A stretch of 64,000 nucleotides of DNA from Thermoproteota archaeon. Its GTDB lineage: Archaea; Korarchaeota; Korarchaeia; Korarchaeales; Korarchaeaceae. Position numbers and translations under genes: made by a program. This document shows positions 1-9,464 of the stretch, one piece after another; positions within the stretch are counted from its first letter, which is position 1; every line of letters starts with the position of its first letter. The notes below the pieces were generated by a model, which saw only the letters and a program-made list of their open reading frames with translations, was not told the origin of the DNA and searched no databases. Where the stretch lies: assembly GCA_027491395.1 (NCBI GenBank), contig JAOZFI010000039.1:9147-73146 (forward strand), given 5' to 3'.

Positions 1-1
1 A

Positions 2-1696
2 GGTGGCAAGGGTCTTGGAGCAAAGTTGCTTTACGATATGACCGATGAGAGAACCGACCCGCTTAGCCCCGACAACCCTCTCATATTCGCAATAGGTCCC
101 TTCACTGGGACGGCCGTTCCTTACTCCGGTAAGGGGACCTTCATCTTCAGATCCCCCCAGACGGGGATCATAGGAGAGTCCGTAGTGGGAGGTACCTTCG
201 GGGCTGCCTTCAGGTGGGTAGGCTACACCGCATTGGTAATAACGGGCAGAGCGGAGAAGCCCGTCTACCTAGTCGTGAGGGAAGATGGTGTAGAGGTGAA
301 GGACGCCAGCCATCTCTGGGGGAAGACCATATACGAGACCGAGGATACCCTCAAGAAGGAATATGGACGCAGCTCCGTAGCGTCAATAGGTCCTGCCGGA
401 GAGAACTTGGTGAAGTACGCGGTGATAGGTAACGAGAAGTGGAGACAGGCCGGTAGGACCGGTGGGGGAGCTGTAATGGGATCAAAAAAGCTGAAGGCTA
501 TAGTTATCGATTACGATACCATGAAGTGGGACGCTGCGGACCCGGATGGTGTGAGGAAGTACACCTCAGAGGAGATAATACCTAGGGCTAGGGAGGAGCT
601 GAAATCGTACTTCGAGAAGGGGACGACGGGCTTAGTCGAGCTAGCGAACGAGTGGGGGTTCTTCCCCAGCTACTACTGGTCGAAGGGCAGCGTAGAGGGA
701 TGGGATAGGATAGCCTGGGAGGCAATAGAGAGAGAGGTATTCGTACACGCAAAGGGGTGCTTCGGCTGCCCGACCCCGTGTGGAAGGTACAGCAAGGTGA
801 AGGAGGGGAAGTACGCTGGAAGCGAGGTGGAGGTGGAATACGAGACCGTTTACTCGATAGGCGGCCTTGCTGCCGTCACCGACATAAAGGCTATAGTGTG
901 GTTGAATGACCTAATTGACGGGCTGGGCATGGACACCATCACGATAGGCAACATATTCGGCTTCGCAATAGAGGCCTACAAGAGGGGCAAGTTGGATCCC
1001 GGCTTCAAGCTCGACTACAGCGAGCCCGAATCCCTGTACGAGCTTACCAAGATGATAGCTGAGAGGAGAGGAGTGGGAGACCTGCTGGCTGATGGAGTTA
1101 GAGCTGCCGCTGAGAAGCTGGGCCTCCAAGATCTTGCGATTCACGTGAAGGGACTGGAGCCCGCGGGCTACGATCCCAGAACCCTGAAGAGCATGATCCT
1201 CAGCTACGGAGTCTCCTCTAGGGGCGCCTGTCACCTGAGGCTCACCGGCTACTTCGCCGACATAAAGGGACTTGGAGGAGACAGGAAATCTGTCACAAAG
1301 GAGAAGACGGAAGTATTAGCGGATCTTGAGGAGAAGGGCGTACTAGAGGATTCCTTCGTGATATGTAAGTTCACCAGAACCTTGATAGACTGGGAGCAAA
1401 TGGCCAAGTACTACACGCTCATAACCGGAAGAGAAACAGGCATAACTGACCTTAAAACTGCCGCTAGGCGCATAATAAACCTAGTGAGGATGTATAACGT
1501 GAAGCTTGGCGTGAGGAGGAAGGATGACAGACTACCTAAGAGACTCTTCAGGGAGTCCTTCATCCACGAGGGGGAGGAGAGGAAGATAACTGAGGAGGAG
1601 CAGGAGAGGTTCCTTGACTATTACTACGAGCTCAGGGGATGGAACAAGGACGGAGTCCCCAAAGAGGAGACCTTGAAGGAGTACGACCTGATATAA
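2..1696 (+). CDS. aor: Tungsten-containing aldehyde:ferredoxin oxidoreductase family protein; 5' end lies before the window
   Basis: Frame is open from base 2 (GGKGLGAKLLYD). Motifs AGRTGGGAVMGSKKLKAI, CFGCPTPC, EYET, YDPR and RGACH. Confidence 0.9.
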   Translation, partial: GGKGLGAKLLYDMTDERTDPLSPDNPLIFAIGPFTGTAVPYSGKGTFIFRSPQTGIIGESVVGGTFGAAFRWVGYTALVITGRAEKPVYLVVREDGVEVKDASHLWGKTIYETEDTLKKEYGRSSVASIGPAGENLVKYAVIGNEKWRQAGRTGGGAVMGSKKLKAIVIDYDTMKWDAADPDGVRKYTSEEIIPRAREELKSYFEKGTTGLVELANEWGFFPSYYWSKGSVEGWDRIAWEAIEREVFVHAKGCFGCPTPCGRYSKVKEGKYAGSEVEVEYETVYSIGGLAAVTDIKAIVWLNDLIDGLGMDTITIGNIFGFAIEAYKRGKLDPGFKLDYSEPESLYELTKMIAERRGVGDLLADGVRAAAEKLGLQDLAIHVKGLEPAGYDPRTLKSMILSYGVSSRGACHLRLTGYFADIKGLGGDRKSVTKEKTEVLADLEEKGVLEDSFVICKFTRTLIDWEQMAKYYTLITGRETGITDLKTAARRIINLVRMYNVKLGVRRKDDRLPKRLFRESFIHEGEERKITEEEQERFLDYYYELRGWNKDGVPKEETLKEYDLI

Positions 1697-1883
1697 TAGT
1701 CTTTATTATTCTTTTTAATTCCCGAGAAGGTCTGGACATTCATCTCTATCTCCACTGGCAGGGTGGATCGGTTTGCAAACTGATCACCATCGACCGTCCT
1801 AGAACTCATTCGTTCCGAAAAATCCGAAGCTCGATTCAACGTAGCGCTTCTTTTAATTTTACCTATATAAATCCCAGACAAGC

Positions 1884-1898
1884 TTATATTAATCAGAT
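1884..1898 (+). promoter_or_regulatory. TATA-like box followed by TCAGAT, upstream of peptide ABC operon 1
   Basis: TTATATT-AA-TCAGAT lies 50 nt before the ATG. The same motif is 49 nt before the ATG of operon 2. Confidence 0.55.
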
Positions 1899-1933
1899 CG
1901 GAGTGTTCCTTCGCCCCAAAAGGGGGTGTCACA

Positions 1934-3601
1934 ATGAGCGGAAAGGACTGGGGTATAGCGATAGTTCTACTTATTGTAGGCCTACTGATAGGCTATTTCG
2001 CAGTTGGACCGGGCAAGACGATCACCACCACCGTCACACAGACATCTGTCAAAACCGTGACGGTCACGCAAACAGCGGGCGCCCCTCCACCCAAGACCAC
2101 GACAACCCAGACCACGCCGCCCAAGAAATACGCTGACACCATAGTGATAGGAGTGACCGATAAGGTTTCCGACCTAGATCCGGCCAATGCATATGACTTC
2201 TATACTTGGGAGGTGTTCAACAACATAGGGGAGGGTCCGTTCAAGTACAAGCCAGGAACCACTGAGCTGATTAAGGGAATAATAGAGGACTACGAGGTCC
2301 AGGAAGGAGGTAAGGTCTACATACTGAAGCTCAGGAAGAATCTGAAATTCGCAGACGGGACTCCCTGCACCGCCAAGGACCTGAAGTGGTCTATAGATAG
2401 GGTGGCTAGGATAGAGGGAGACCCCGCGTGGTTCGTTCTCGACTTCGTCAACAAGACAGAAGTAATCGACGACTATACTCTAAAGATAGTGCTGAACCAG
2501 CCCGTGGCCTTCTATCCAGCGGTGCTGGCCGTCCCCACCTACTTCCCCATACCACCGGACAAGTATCCTGCCGATGAGATTTCTTCCGACAACACCGCTG
2601 GCAGCGTCGGTCCCTACAAGATAACCAAGTGGGTCAGGGATCAGGTCCTTATACTGGAGGCCAACCCCTATTACTACGGAGAGAAGCCCAAGACTCCCAA
2701 GGTTATAGTCAAGTTCTACAAGGACGCCACCACCCTCAGGCTGGCGCTGGAGAGCGGTGAGATAGACATAGCTTGGAGGACCCTAAACCCCACTGATATA
2801 AAGGACCTCATGAAGAAGCCCGGCATCCAGGTGATAGAGGGTAAGGGCTCCTTCATAAGGTACATCGTGTTCAACACGAAGATAAAGCCCTTCGACAACA
2901 AGAAGGTCAGACAGGCCCTTGCCGCCGCCCTCGACAGGAAGGCCATAGCCGAGAGGGTCTTCTTGGGCACAGTGGATCCTCTCTACAGCCTCGTTCCCAT
3001 GGGCATGTGGAGCCACATAGATGCTTTCAAGGAGAAGTACGGGGAGGCCAACATAGAGCTGGCCAAGAAGCTTCTCAAGGAGGCTGGCTACTCCGAGTCC
3101 AACAAGCTCAAGGTTGAGCTGTGGTACACGCCTTCCCACTACGGCGATACTGAGGCCGATGTCGCTGCTCTGATAAAGGAGGCCTGGGAGAAGACCGGAA
3201 TGGTCGAGGTGACCGTGAAGAGCGCCGAGTGGAGCACCTATCTGGAGCTCACTAGGAAGGGCCAGCTACCTGTGACCCTCTACGGCTGGTATCCCGACTA
3301 CATAGATCCCGACAACTACCTGTTCCCGTTCCTCCACACCGGATCCAACAGGTGGCTCGGTGAGCCGTACAGCAACCCCGATCTTGACAAGATACTGGAG
3401 AAGGCCCAAGTATCCCTAGACCAGAAGGAGAGGGAGCAGCTGTACAAGCAGGCCCAGCAGATATTGGCTGAGGATGCTCCTATAGTGCCCATATTCCAGG
3501 GCAAACTGTATGTGGCCGCCAAGAATAACGTGCACGGTATAGTGCTCGACCCGATAATGCTTCTCAGGTACTACCTGATCTACAAGGAAGCTGGTAGCTG
3601 A
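1934..3601 (+). CDS. dppA: Peptide ABC transporter substrate-binding protein (family 5) with N-terminal TM anchor and Thr-rich linker
   Basis: DLDPANAYD, LKFADGTPCTAKD, GPYKITKW, WYPDYIDPDNY; first gene of a dppBCDF operon. Confidence 0.92.
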   Translation: MSGKDWGIAIVLLIVGLLIGYFAVGPGKTITTTVTQTSVKTVTVTQTAGAPPPKTTTTQTTPPKKYADTIVIGVTDKVSDLDPANAYDFYTWEVFNNIGEGPFKYKPGTTELIKGIIEDYEVQEGGKVYILKLRKNLKFADGTPCTAKDLKWSIDRVARIEGDPAWFVLDFVNKTEVIDDYTLKIVLNQPVAFYPAVLAVPTYFPIPPDKYPADEISSDNTAGSVGPYKITKWVRDQVLILEANPYYYGEKPKTPKVIVKFYKDATTLRLALESGEIDIAWRTLNPTDIKDLMKKPGIQVIEGKGSFIRYIVFNTKIKPFDNKKVRQALAAALDRKAIAERVFLGTVDPLYSLVPMGMWSHIDAFKEKYGEANIELAKKLLKEAGYSESNKLKVELWYTPSHYGDTEADVAALIKEAWEKTGMVEVTVKSAEWSTYLELTRKGQLPVTLYGWYPDYIDPDNYLFPFLHTGSNRWLGEPYSNPDLDKILEKAQVSLDQKEREQLYKQAQQILAEDAPIVPIFQGKLYVAAKNNVHGIVLDPIMLLRYYLIYKEAGS

Positions 3602-3630
3602 ACCTCCCCTTTCCTTTTTATCTTTCCCGC
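3602..3630 (+). terminator. Intra-operon pyrimidine/U-tract after the binding-protein gene (candidate partial terminator)
   Basis: ACCTCCCCTTTCCTTTTTATCTTTCCCGC directly follows the stop codon. Confidence 0.5.
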
Positions 3631-3645
3631 TAGGGTGGATTCCAG

Positions 3646-4656
3646 ATGTCACTAAGGGCCTACGTGATAACTAGAATTCTTATGACGATCCCCATGATCC
3701 TCATTCTGCTGACGTTGGTCTTCCTCGTAATGAGAGTCCTCCCAGGAAATCCTGTGATAGCCATAGTCGGGATGAAGGCCTCTCCAGAGTACATAAAGAA
3801 GCTGGAGCATCAGCTGGGTCTCGATAAGCCCCTTTGGCAGCAGTACCTCGACTATTTGGGGAACCTGCTGAGAGGAGACTTGGGAAGGTCTATGATATGG
3901 GGGAAGAGGCCCGTCATCCAAGAGATAATGGACCACTTCCCCGCAACTCTTGAGCTGACGATAGGCGGCTTCTTGGTCAGCGTCCTATTGGGCTTAGCCA
4001 CAGGAATGCTTGCGGGGATAAGATCAGGTGGAAAAGTAGATGCATCCATGAGGATCTACAGCATCGTCGTGTATTCCCTCTTCATACCCCTGCTGGGAAT
4101 GATGCTTCAGCTCGTGTTCGGGGTCTGGCTCCACATGCTACCAGTAGGTGGGAGGATAGATCCGGGTATGGAACCTCCATCGATAACGGGTCTGTATGTC
4201 TTGGACTCGATCATAAGCCTGAAGATGAATAGCCTGCTCAACTCGTTGGCTCACTTGGCGCTGCCCTCACTCACCTTAGGGCTGGTCCTCTCAGGCATAT
4301 ACACTAGGTTGGTGAGATCCAGCCTGATGGAGGTGCTGGGTCAGGATTTCATAAGGGCTTGCAAGGCTAGAGGCCTCCCAGGAAGGGCCATCCTGTTCAA
4401 GCACGCGCTGAAGAACGCGCTCATCCCAATTCTCACCATGATGGGTCTTCAATTTGCTCTCTTGCTGGCCGGCGCCGTTCTCACCGAGACCACGTTTTCA
4501 TGGCCGGGAATGGGCACCTTCCTAGTCGAGAGGATAACGTATAGGGACTTCACAACCATACAGGGGGCAATAGTATTCTACGCCCTCTTCGTGGCCTTGG
4601 TCAGCCTGATCGTTGATCTGGTGTACGCATACGTCGATCCTAGGATAAGGTACTGA
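3646..4656 (+). CDS. dppB: Peptide ABC permease
   Basis: PGNP...LGLDKPLWQQY, EAA-type loop FIRACKARGL, ends DPRIRY. Confidence 0.92.
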   Translation: MSLRAYVITRILMTIPMILILLTLVFLVMRVLPGNPVIAIVGMKASPEYIKKLEHQLGLDKPLWQQYLDYLGNLLRGDLGRSMIWGKRPVIQEIMDHFPATLELTIGGFLVSVLLGLATGMLAGIRSGGKVDASMRIYSIVVYSLFIPLLGMMLQLVFGVWLHMLPVGGRIDPGMEPPSITGLYVLDSIISLKMNSLLNSLAHLALPSLTLGLVLSGIYTRLVRSSLMEVLGQDFIRACKARGLPGRAILFKHALKNALIPILTMMGLQFALLLAGAVLTETTFSWPGMGTFLVERITYRDFTTIQGAIVFYALFVALVSLIVDLVYAYVDPRIRY

Positions 4657-4662
4657 GGTGAT

Positions 4663-5523
4663 TTGATGAGAACGTTCAACCTCTCTCGCTTCCTCAGCTC
4701 GGTGAGGGATGCCGGGCTGGACGGTTACATGATGGTGGTCGGTCTGATTATAGTGCTGGCCGTTTTAGTGATGGCCGTGTTCGCCGAGTTCATAGCGCCC
4801 TACGATCCTGTCAAGACCGTGGGCATGCCCGTAACCCCTCCGTCCCCCGAATTCCCTTGGGGCACCGATACCATAGGAAGGGACGTATTTAGCCGCGTCG
4901 TCTACGGTTCTAGGACCATAATGGTGGTGATACTCATGTCCACCGCCCTGTCTATGGCGGTGGGCATACCTCTGGGCCTCATCTCAGGATATGTCGGAGG
5001 CCCACTCGACAGGGTATTCTCCCTAGTGATGGACAGCATATACGCCTTCCCTGGGCTCATACTCGCCATTGCGGTGGCTGCAATGCTCGGACCCGGCATA
5101 TACAACACGTCCATATCACTGGCCGTGGTATACATCCCCACTTACTTCAGGATGGTGAGGGGGCAGGTCCTCTCGCTGAGGGAGCAGCTCTTCGTGGAGG
5201 CAGCTAGGGCCTTGGGTGCGACTGACTGGAGGATACTCCGCAAATACATATTCCCCAACGTGTTCTTCATCATAGCGGTGGTGTTCTCCCTGAACGTGGC
5301 TGATGCCATCCTGACCGAGGCGGGTCTGAGCTTCCTAGGACTTAGCGTCCCGGCCCCAACGCCTGACTGGGGATTCGACCTGAAGAACGGCCAGAGGTAC
5401 TTCCTATCGGGCAAGTGGTGGCCCGTCGTGTTCCCAGGAACTATGATAATACTGCTGGCCTTGGGCTTCGGTCTCCTCGGTGAGGGACTCAACAGGATGC
5501 TTGGGCAGAAGGAGGTGAGATGA
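4663..5523 (+). CDS. dppC: Peptide ABC permease
   Basis: GTDTIGRDVFSRVVYG, FVEAARALGA, EAGLSFLGL, PDWG. Confidence 0.92.
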   Translation: MMRTFNLSRFLSSVRDAGLDGYMMVVGLIIVLAVLVMAVFAEFIAPYDPVKTVGMPVTPPSPEFPWGTDTIGRDVFSRVVYGSRTIMVVILMSTALSMAVGIPLGLISGYVGGPLDRVFSLVMDSIYAFPGLILAIAVAAMLGPGIYNTSISLAVVYIPTYFRMVRGQVLSLREQLFVEAARALGATDWRILRKYIFPNVFFIIAVVFSLNVADAILTEAGLSFLGLSVPAPTPDWGFDLKNGQRYFLSGKWWPVVFPGTMIILLALGFGLLGEGLNRMLGQKEVR

Positions 5524-6474
5524 GTGCTCTTGGAGATAGAGGACCTCCATGTCTACTACTTCACCAAGAGGGGCGTGGTCCGGGCGGTCGAGGGGGTCTC
5601 CTTCGAACTCGACAGGGCCGAGATACTGGGGATAGTGGGTGAGTCGGGAAGCGGGAAGAGCACGCTCGGACTGGCGATAATGAACCTAGTCCCCTCCCCA
5701 GGGAAGATAGTTAGAGGGAGCATCAGGCTGGACGGGAAGGACCTGACCAAGATGAGCGAGAAGGAGCTAAGGGATATCAGGGGCAAGGAGATAGCTATGG
5801 TCTTTCAGGATCCAATGACCTCCTTGGACCCCCTTATGAGGATAGGCGATCAAATAGTGGAGACTATCTTGGCCCACGAGGATGTGAGCAAGGAGGAAGC
5901 CAAGAGGAGAGCCCTTGAACTACTGGAGGAGGTGGGGATCTCCAGGGATAGGTTCAACGACTATCCCCATCAGCTCAGTGGAGGGATGAGGCAGAGGGTG
6001 ATGATAGCAATGGCCATCTCCCTGAACCCCAAGCTGATAATAGCTGATGAGCCCACTACGGCCCTCGACGTCATAGTGCAGGATCAGATAATGGAGTTAT
6101 TCTCCAAGTTGAGGGACGAGTTCGGCGTGGCGGTAATCCTAATATCCCACGATCTAGCTCTAGAGTTGGAGGTATCTGACAAGATAGGGGTGATGTACGC
6201 CGGGTGGCTCATGGAGCTCTCGAAGTCGGAGGAGCTAGCTAAGAAACCCCTGAACCCATACGCTAGGGAGCTGCTAAAGGCAATACCGAATGTGGAACTT
6301 GAGGAGCAGGAGCTCGTGTCCATCCCTGGGTCCCCACCAGATCTCCACGATCCTCCAAAGGGATGTCGGTTCCACCCTAGGTGCCCTGATGCGATGCCTA
6401 TCTGCTTCAAGGAGGAACCACCCACCAAATCGATTGACGGGAGGCTCGTGAAGTGCTGGCTGTACGGAGGGTGA
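5524..6474 (+). CDS. dppD: Peptide ABC ATPase
   Basis: GESGSGKS, LSGGMRQR, ADEPTTALD, C-terminal GCRFHPRC. Confidence 0.93.
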   Translation: MLLEIEDLHVYYFTKRGVVRAVEGVSFELDRAEILGIVGESGSGKSTLGLAIMNLVPSPGKIVRGSIRLDGKDLTKMSEKELRDIRGKEIAMVFQDPMTSLDPLMRIGDQIVETILAHEDVSKEEAKRRALELLEEVGISRDRFNDYPHQLSGGMRQRVMIAMAISLNPKLIIADEPTTALDVIVQDQIMELFSKLRDEFGVAVILISHDLALELEVSDKIGVMYAGWLMELSKSEELAKKPLNPYARELLKAIPNVELEEQELVSIPGSPPDLHDPPKGCRFHPRCPDAMPICFKEEPPTKSIDGRLVKCWLYGG

Positions 6475-6478
6475 TCGC

Positions 6479-7456
6479 ATGCTGCTAAAGGTGGAGAATC
6501 TGAAGAAGTATTTCCCGGTCGCTAAGACCTTCATAGAGCGGCTCCTCACGAGGGAAGAGAGGTACGTCAGGGCGGTGGACGGGATAAGCTTTCACATAGA
6601 GGAGGGAGAGGTCTTCTCACTAGTCGGGGAGTCGGGAAGCGGGAAGACCACCACCGGCAAAGTGGTGCTGAGGTTGATAGAGCCCACCTCCGGGAGGGTC
6701 ATCTTCCAGGGGAGAGACATAACCTCCTTGGGCAAGAAGGAGCTCCGACTGATGAGGAGGCACATGCAGATAATATATCAGGACCCATACGCGTCCCTCA
6801 ACCCTAGGATGAGGGTCGGAGAGGCCATAATGGATCCCCTGCTCATCCACAAGATAGCTGAGGGGAGAGAGGCCAAGGAAATGGTGCTGGAGATGCTCGA
6901 GAAGGTGGGACTCACGCCCCCGGAGACGTTCTTTAACTCCTATCCAGCCTACCTCAGCGGGGGACAGAGGCAGCGTGTCGCCATAGCTAGGGCCATGATC
7001 ACCAGACCCAAACTGGTGGTTGCTGATGAGCCAGTCAGCATGATCGACGTCTCACTGAGGGCTTCTATCTTGGATCTGATGATGGATCTCAGGAAGGAAT
7101 TCGGCGTCGCCTACCTCTTCATAACCCACGATTTGGCCGTAGCCAAGTACATCTCTGACAGGATAGCCATAATGTACCTTGGCAAGATAGTCGAGCTAGG
7201 AAGGACGAAGGTCCTATTCAAGAACCCCCTGCACCCCTACACCAAGGCTCTGCTGAGCGCCATACCCGTCCCTACCCCGGGCAAGAGGAAAGAGAGGCTG
7301 AGACTGAAGGGTGAGATCCCTTCAGCTATAGACATCCCTCCTGGATGCAGATTCCACCCGAGATGTCCCATGAGCTTCGAACCGTGCAATAAGGAGGAAC
7401 CCGAGCTCATGGAGGTGGAGCCGGGTCACTTCGTGGCCTGTCACCTGCACACGTAG
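6479..7456 (+). CDS. dppF: Peptide ABC ATPase
   Basis: [38 protein letters not shown]. Confidence 0.93.
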   Translation: MLLKVENLKKYFPVAKTFIERLLTREERYVRAVDGISFHIEEGEVFSLVGESGSGKTTTGKVVLRLIEPTSGRVIFQGRDITSLGKKELRLMRRHMQIIYQDPYASLNPRMRVGEAIMDPLLIHKIAEGREAKEMVLEMLEKVGLTPPETFFNSYPAYLSGGQRQRVAIARAMITRPKLVVADEPVSMIDVSLRASILDLMMDLRKEFGVAYLFITHDLAVAKYISDRIAIMYLGKIVELGRTKVLFKNPLHPYTKALLSAIPVPTPGKRKERLRLKGEIPSAIDIPPGCRFHPRCPMSFEPCNKEEPELMEVEPGHFVACHLHT

Positions 7457-7792
7457 AAAAAATTTAACACTCCTTTTTTGAAGTAGCTAGCTGAGAGTAA
7501 AGCCATTTTGGGATAGTTGAGGCCTCCTAGGATGGCCATCGATCGCCAGAATGAATCTCCCCCCTAGAGTGAAATCCTTGGTGACCTATGCTGTAGCTGC
7601 ATGTGAACCCTAACTTCTCATCCCTCACTGACTGCTCCGTGTGGTTTCCTCTCATTTGTAAGACCTCAGATATTAAACCCTCAAGATTCACCTTCGCGGC
7701 CAACAGGATCCATACCAGACGTTCTTGGCAGCCACTATATATAAACCTCCAGAAAGGTTTAAGAGCCCTAAAATTGATGGAAAAAGAGGAGG

Positions 7793-8102
7793 TTGAGTGA
7801 GAAAAAACGGTAAGATCACTCGATGAGATCAGGATCATCCTCAAAAGCATGAGAGCGAACTGAGGGAGAAGTACGGTGTGAAAAGAATTGGCATCTTTTG
7901 ATCCTTTGTCAGATGAGAAGCTGGAGAGGAAAGCGATGTCGATATACTCGTCGGGTTCGACAGGCCTATGGGACTCCTCAAATTTCTCGAGTTAGAGGAG
8001 TACATGAGCAATTTGATAGGTATGAAGGTTGATCTCATATCTAAAAAGGCGCTTAAACCCCACATTGGGAAATACATCTTGGAAGAGGTCGTTATGGTGT
8101 GA
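7793..8102 (+). pseudogene. Minimal nucleotidyltransferase (MntA-type antitoxin), disrupted
   Basis: Reads KHESELREKYGVKRIGIF*SFVR*EAGEESDVDILV...KVDLISKKALKPHIGKYILEEV. TGA at 7899 and 7914; -1 frameshift in the A-run at 7843-7846. 5' end approximate. Confidence 0.85.
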
Positions 8103-8443
8103 AGAGGTCTTATAGGGACTACATCCTCGACATTCTCACATCTATCGATGAGATCGAAGAATTTACCGAGGGCATGGATTTCTAAGAGTTTATCGGAGAC
8201 AGGAAGACTATAAACGCTGTTATCAGAAGCTTAGAAGTCATGGGAGAGGCTGCTAAGAAAATTCCACGCAAGATCAGGGAGAAATATTCAGATATTCCTT
8301 GGAAATACCTCGCAGGTATGAGAGATAAACTGATTCACGAGTACCATGGAGTAGACTTGGGGATCGTTTGGGAGGTCGTCAAGACCGAAATCTCTCCTCT
8401 GAGGCCGAGGTTTGAGAGGATTTTGAGAGAACTTGAGGAGTAA
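8099..8443 (+). pseudogene. HEPN/DUF86 (HepT-type) ribonuclease toxin, disrupted by an in-frame stop
   Basis: GTG start overlaps the MNT stop. MKRSYRDYILDILTSIDEIEEFTEGMDF*EF...IPWKYLAGMRDKLIHEY, with TAA at 8183 and an intact RxxxxH motif. Confidence 0.88.
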
Positions 8444-8576
8444 TCTCACTGCTCTCGTGATCTATTCCCTTCTCTTCTCTCTCCCTTGCGCGGGACATCC
8501 TCTTGCGGGAATGAGGAGTCAGCTTTCAGGCTGGAGGGAAGTACTGCTGTGAACTCAAAAGATGGGAGGGCTGGGC

Positions 8577-9464
8577 TCAGTGTTCGCCCTCCCTTCTACC
8601 CTCCTTGGAGAGCCAGTCCTTCACGATCTCCATCAGCTCCATGGGTATCAGGAACTTTGTGGCCTCGGAGGAACCTATCACCTTCAGCCCATCCAAGTAC
8701 TGAAGCTTCATGGTCTTCTCATCCAACGCCTTCGCGACCTCGTCTATGGTCTTGAGGGCCAAGGCGTAGCCCTCAGCCTTGAGTATCTGGGCCTGCCTCT
8801 CACCCTCGGCCTTCAGTATGGCCGCCTGCTTCTCGCCCTCAGCTACCTTTATTGCCGCCTCCTTCTTTCCCTCAGCCTCTGTTACCATGGCCCTCCTGTT
8901 ACGTTCAGCAGCCATCTGCTTTATCATAGCCTCCTGAACCGTTTTAGGAGGTAATATCTCCCTGATCTCTACGTTTGTTATCTTGACGCCCCATCGCTCG
9001 GTCACCTCATCGAGCTTAACTCTCAGGATGTTGTTTATCTCATCTCTCTTTGCTAGGACCTCATCAAGCATCATTTCTCCTATGACCGCTCTCAGTGTGG
9101 TGGTAGCTATTCCTATTGCCGCCCCCTTGAAGTCCGACACGTTGAGGACGCTCGCCATGGGATCCACCACCTTGTAGTAGACGATGAAGTCTATATCGGT
9201 GGGGGCGTTGTCCTTCGTTATGCAGGTCTGATGCGGCACATCGAAGTAGCTCTCCCTCAGGTCTATCCATATTATTTGGTCAATTATAGGAACCCTGAAT
9301 ACTATACCGGGCCCTTTCACCCCTAGAAACCTGCCCAGCCTCAGAATTACAAGCCTCTTGAACTCAGGCACTATTTTAATTGCCGAAGCTAGGAACAGGA
9401 TCAGGATAAAGACGACAACAGCTATAAGGAACTCTGACAGACCCAAAACTACAGCTTGGGTCAT
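8577..9464 (-). CDS. SPFH/band 7 (stomatin/prohibitin-like) membrane protein
   Basis: N-terminal TM, RLGRFLGVKGPG, QTCITKDN, RAVIGEM, RWGVKITNVEIREI, coiled tail AEGERQAQILKAEG. Confidence 0.9.
   Translation of the reverse strand: MTQAVVLGLSEFLIAVVVFILILFLASAIKIVPEFKRLVILRLGRFLGVKGPGIVFRVPIIDQIIWIDLRESYFDVPHQTCITKDNAPTDIDFIVYYKVVDPMASVLNVSDFKGAAIGIATTTLRAVIGEMMLDEVLAKRDEINNILRVKLDEVTERWGVKITNVEIREILPPKTVQEAMIKQMAAERNRRAMVTEAEGKKEAAIKVAEGEKQAAILKAEGERQAQILKAEGYALALKTIDEVAKALDEKTMKLQYLDGLKVIGSSEATKFLIPMELMEIVKDWLSKEGRREGEH

Noticed and set aside
5641-6647. Exact 19-bp repeat GAGTCGGGAAGCGGGAAGA at 5641 and 6629
   Set aside because: It encodes the Walker A motif of paralogous ATPases; coding constraint explains it.
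7457-7850. Minus-strand 107-aa ORF and possible decayed gene downstream of dppF
   Set aside because: It overlaps the MNT promoter and pseudogene, has no recognisable motif or SD, and cannot be supported.
7899-7916. Two TGA codons at conserved Gly positions suggested UGA=Gly recoding (code 25) or Sec insertion
   Set aside because: The same gene also has a frameshift and ends in TGA, the neighbour has an internal TAA, and TGA is a normal stop throughout the window. Ordinary pseudogenisation fits better.
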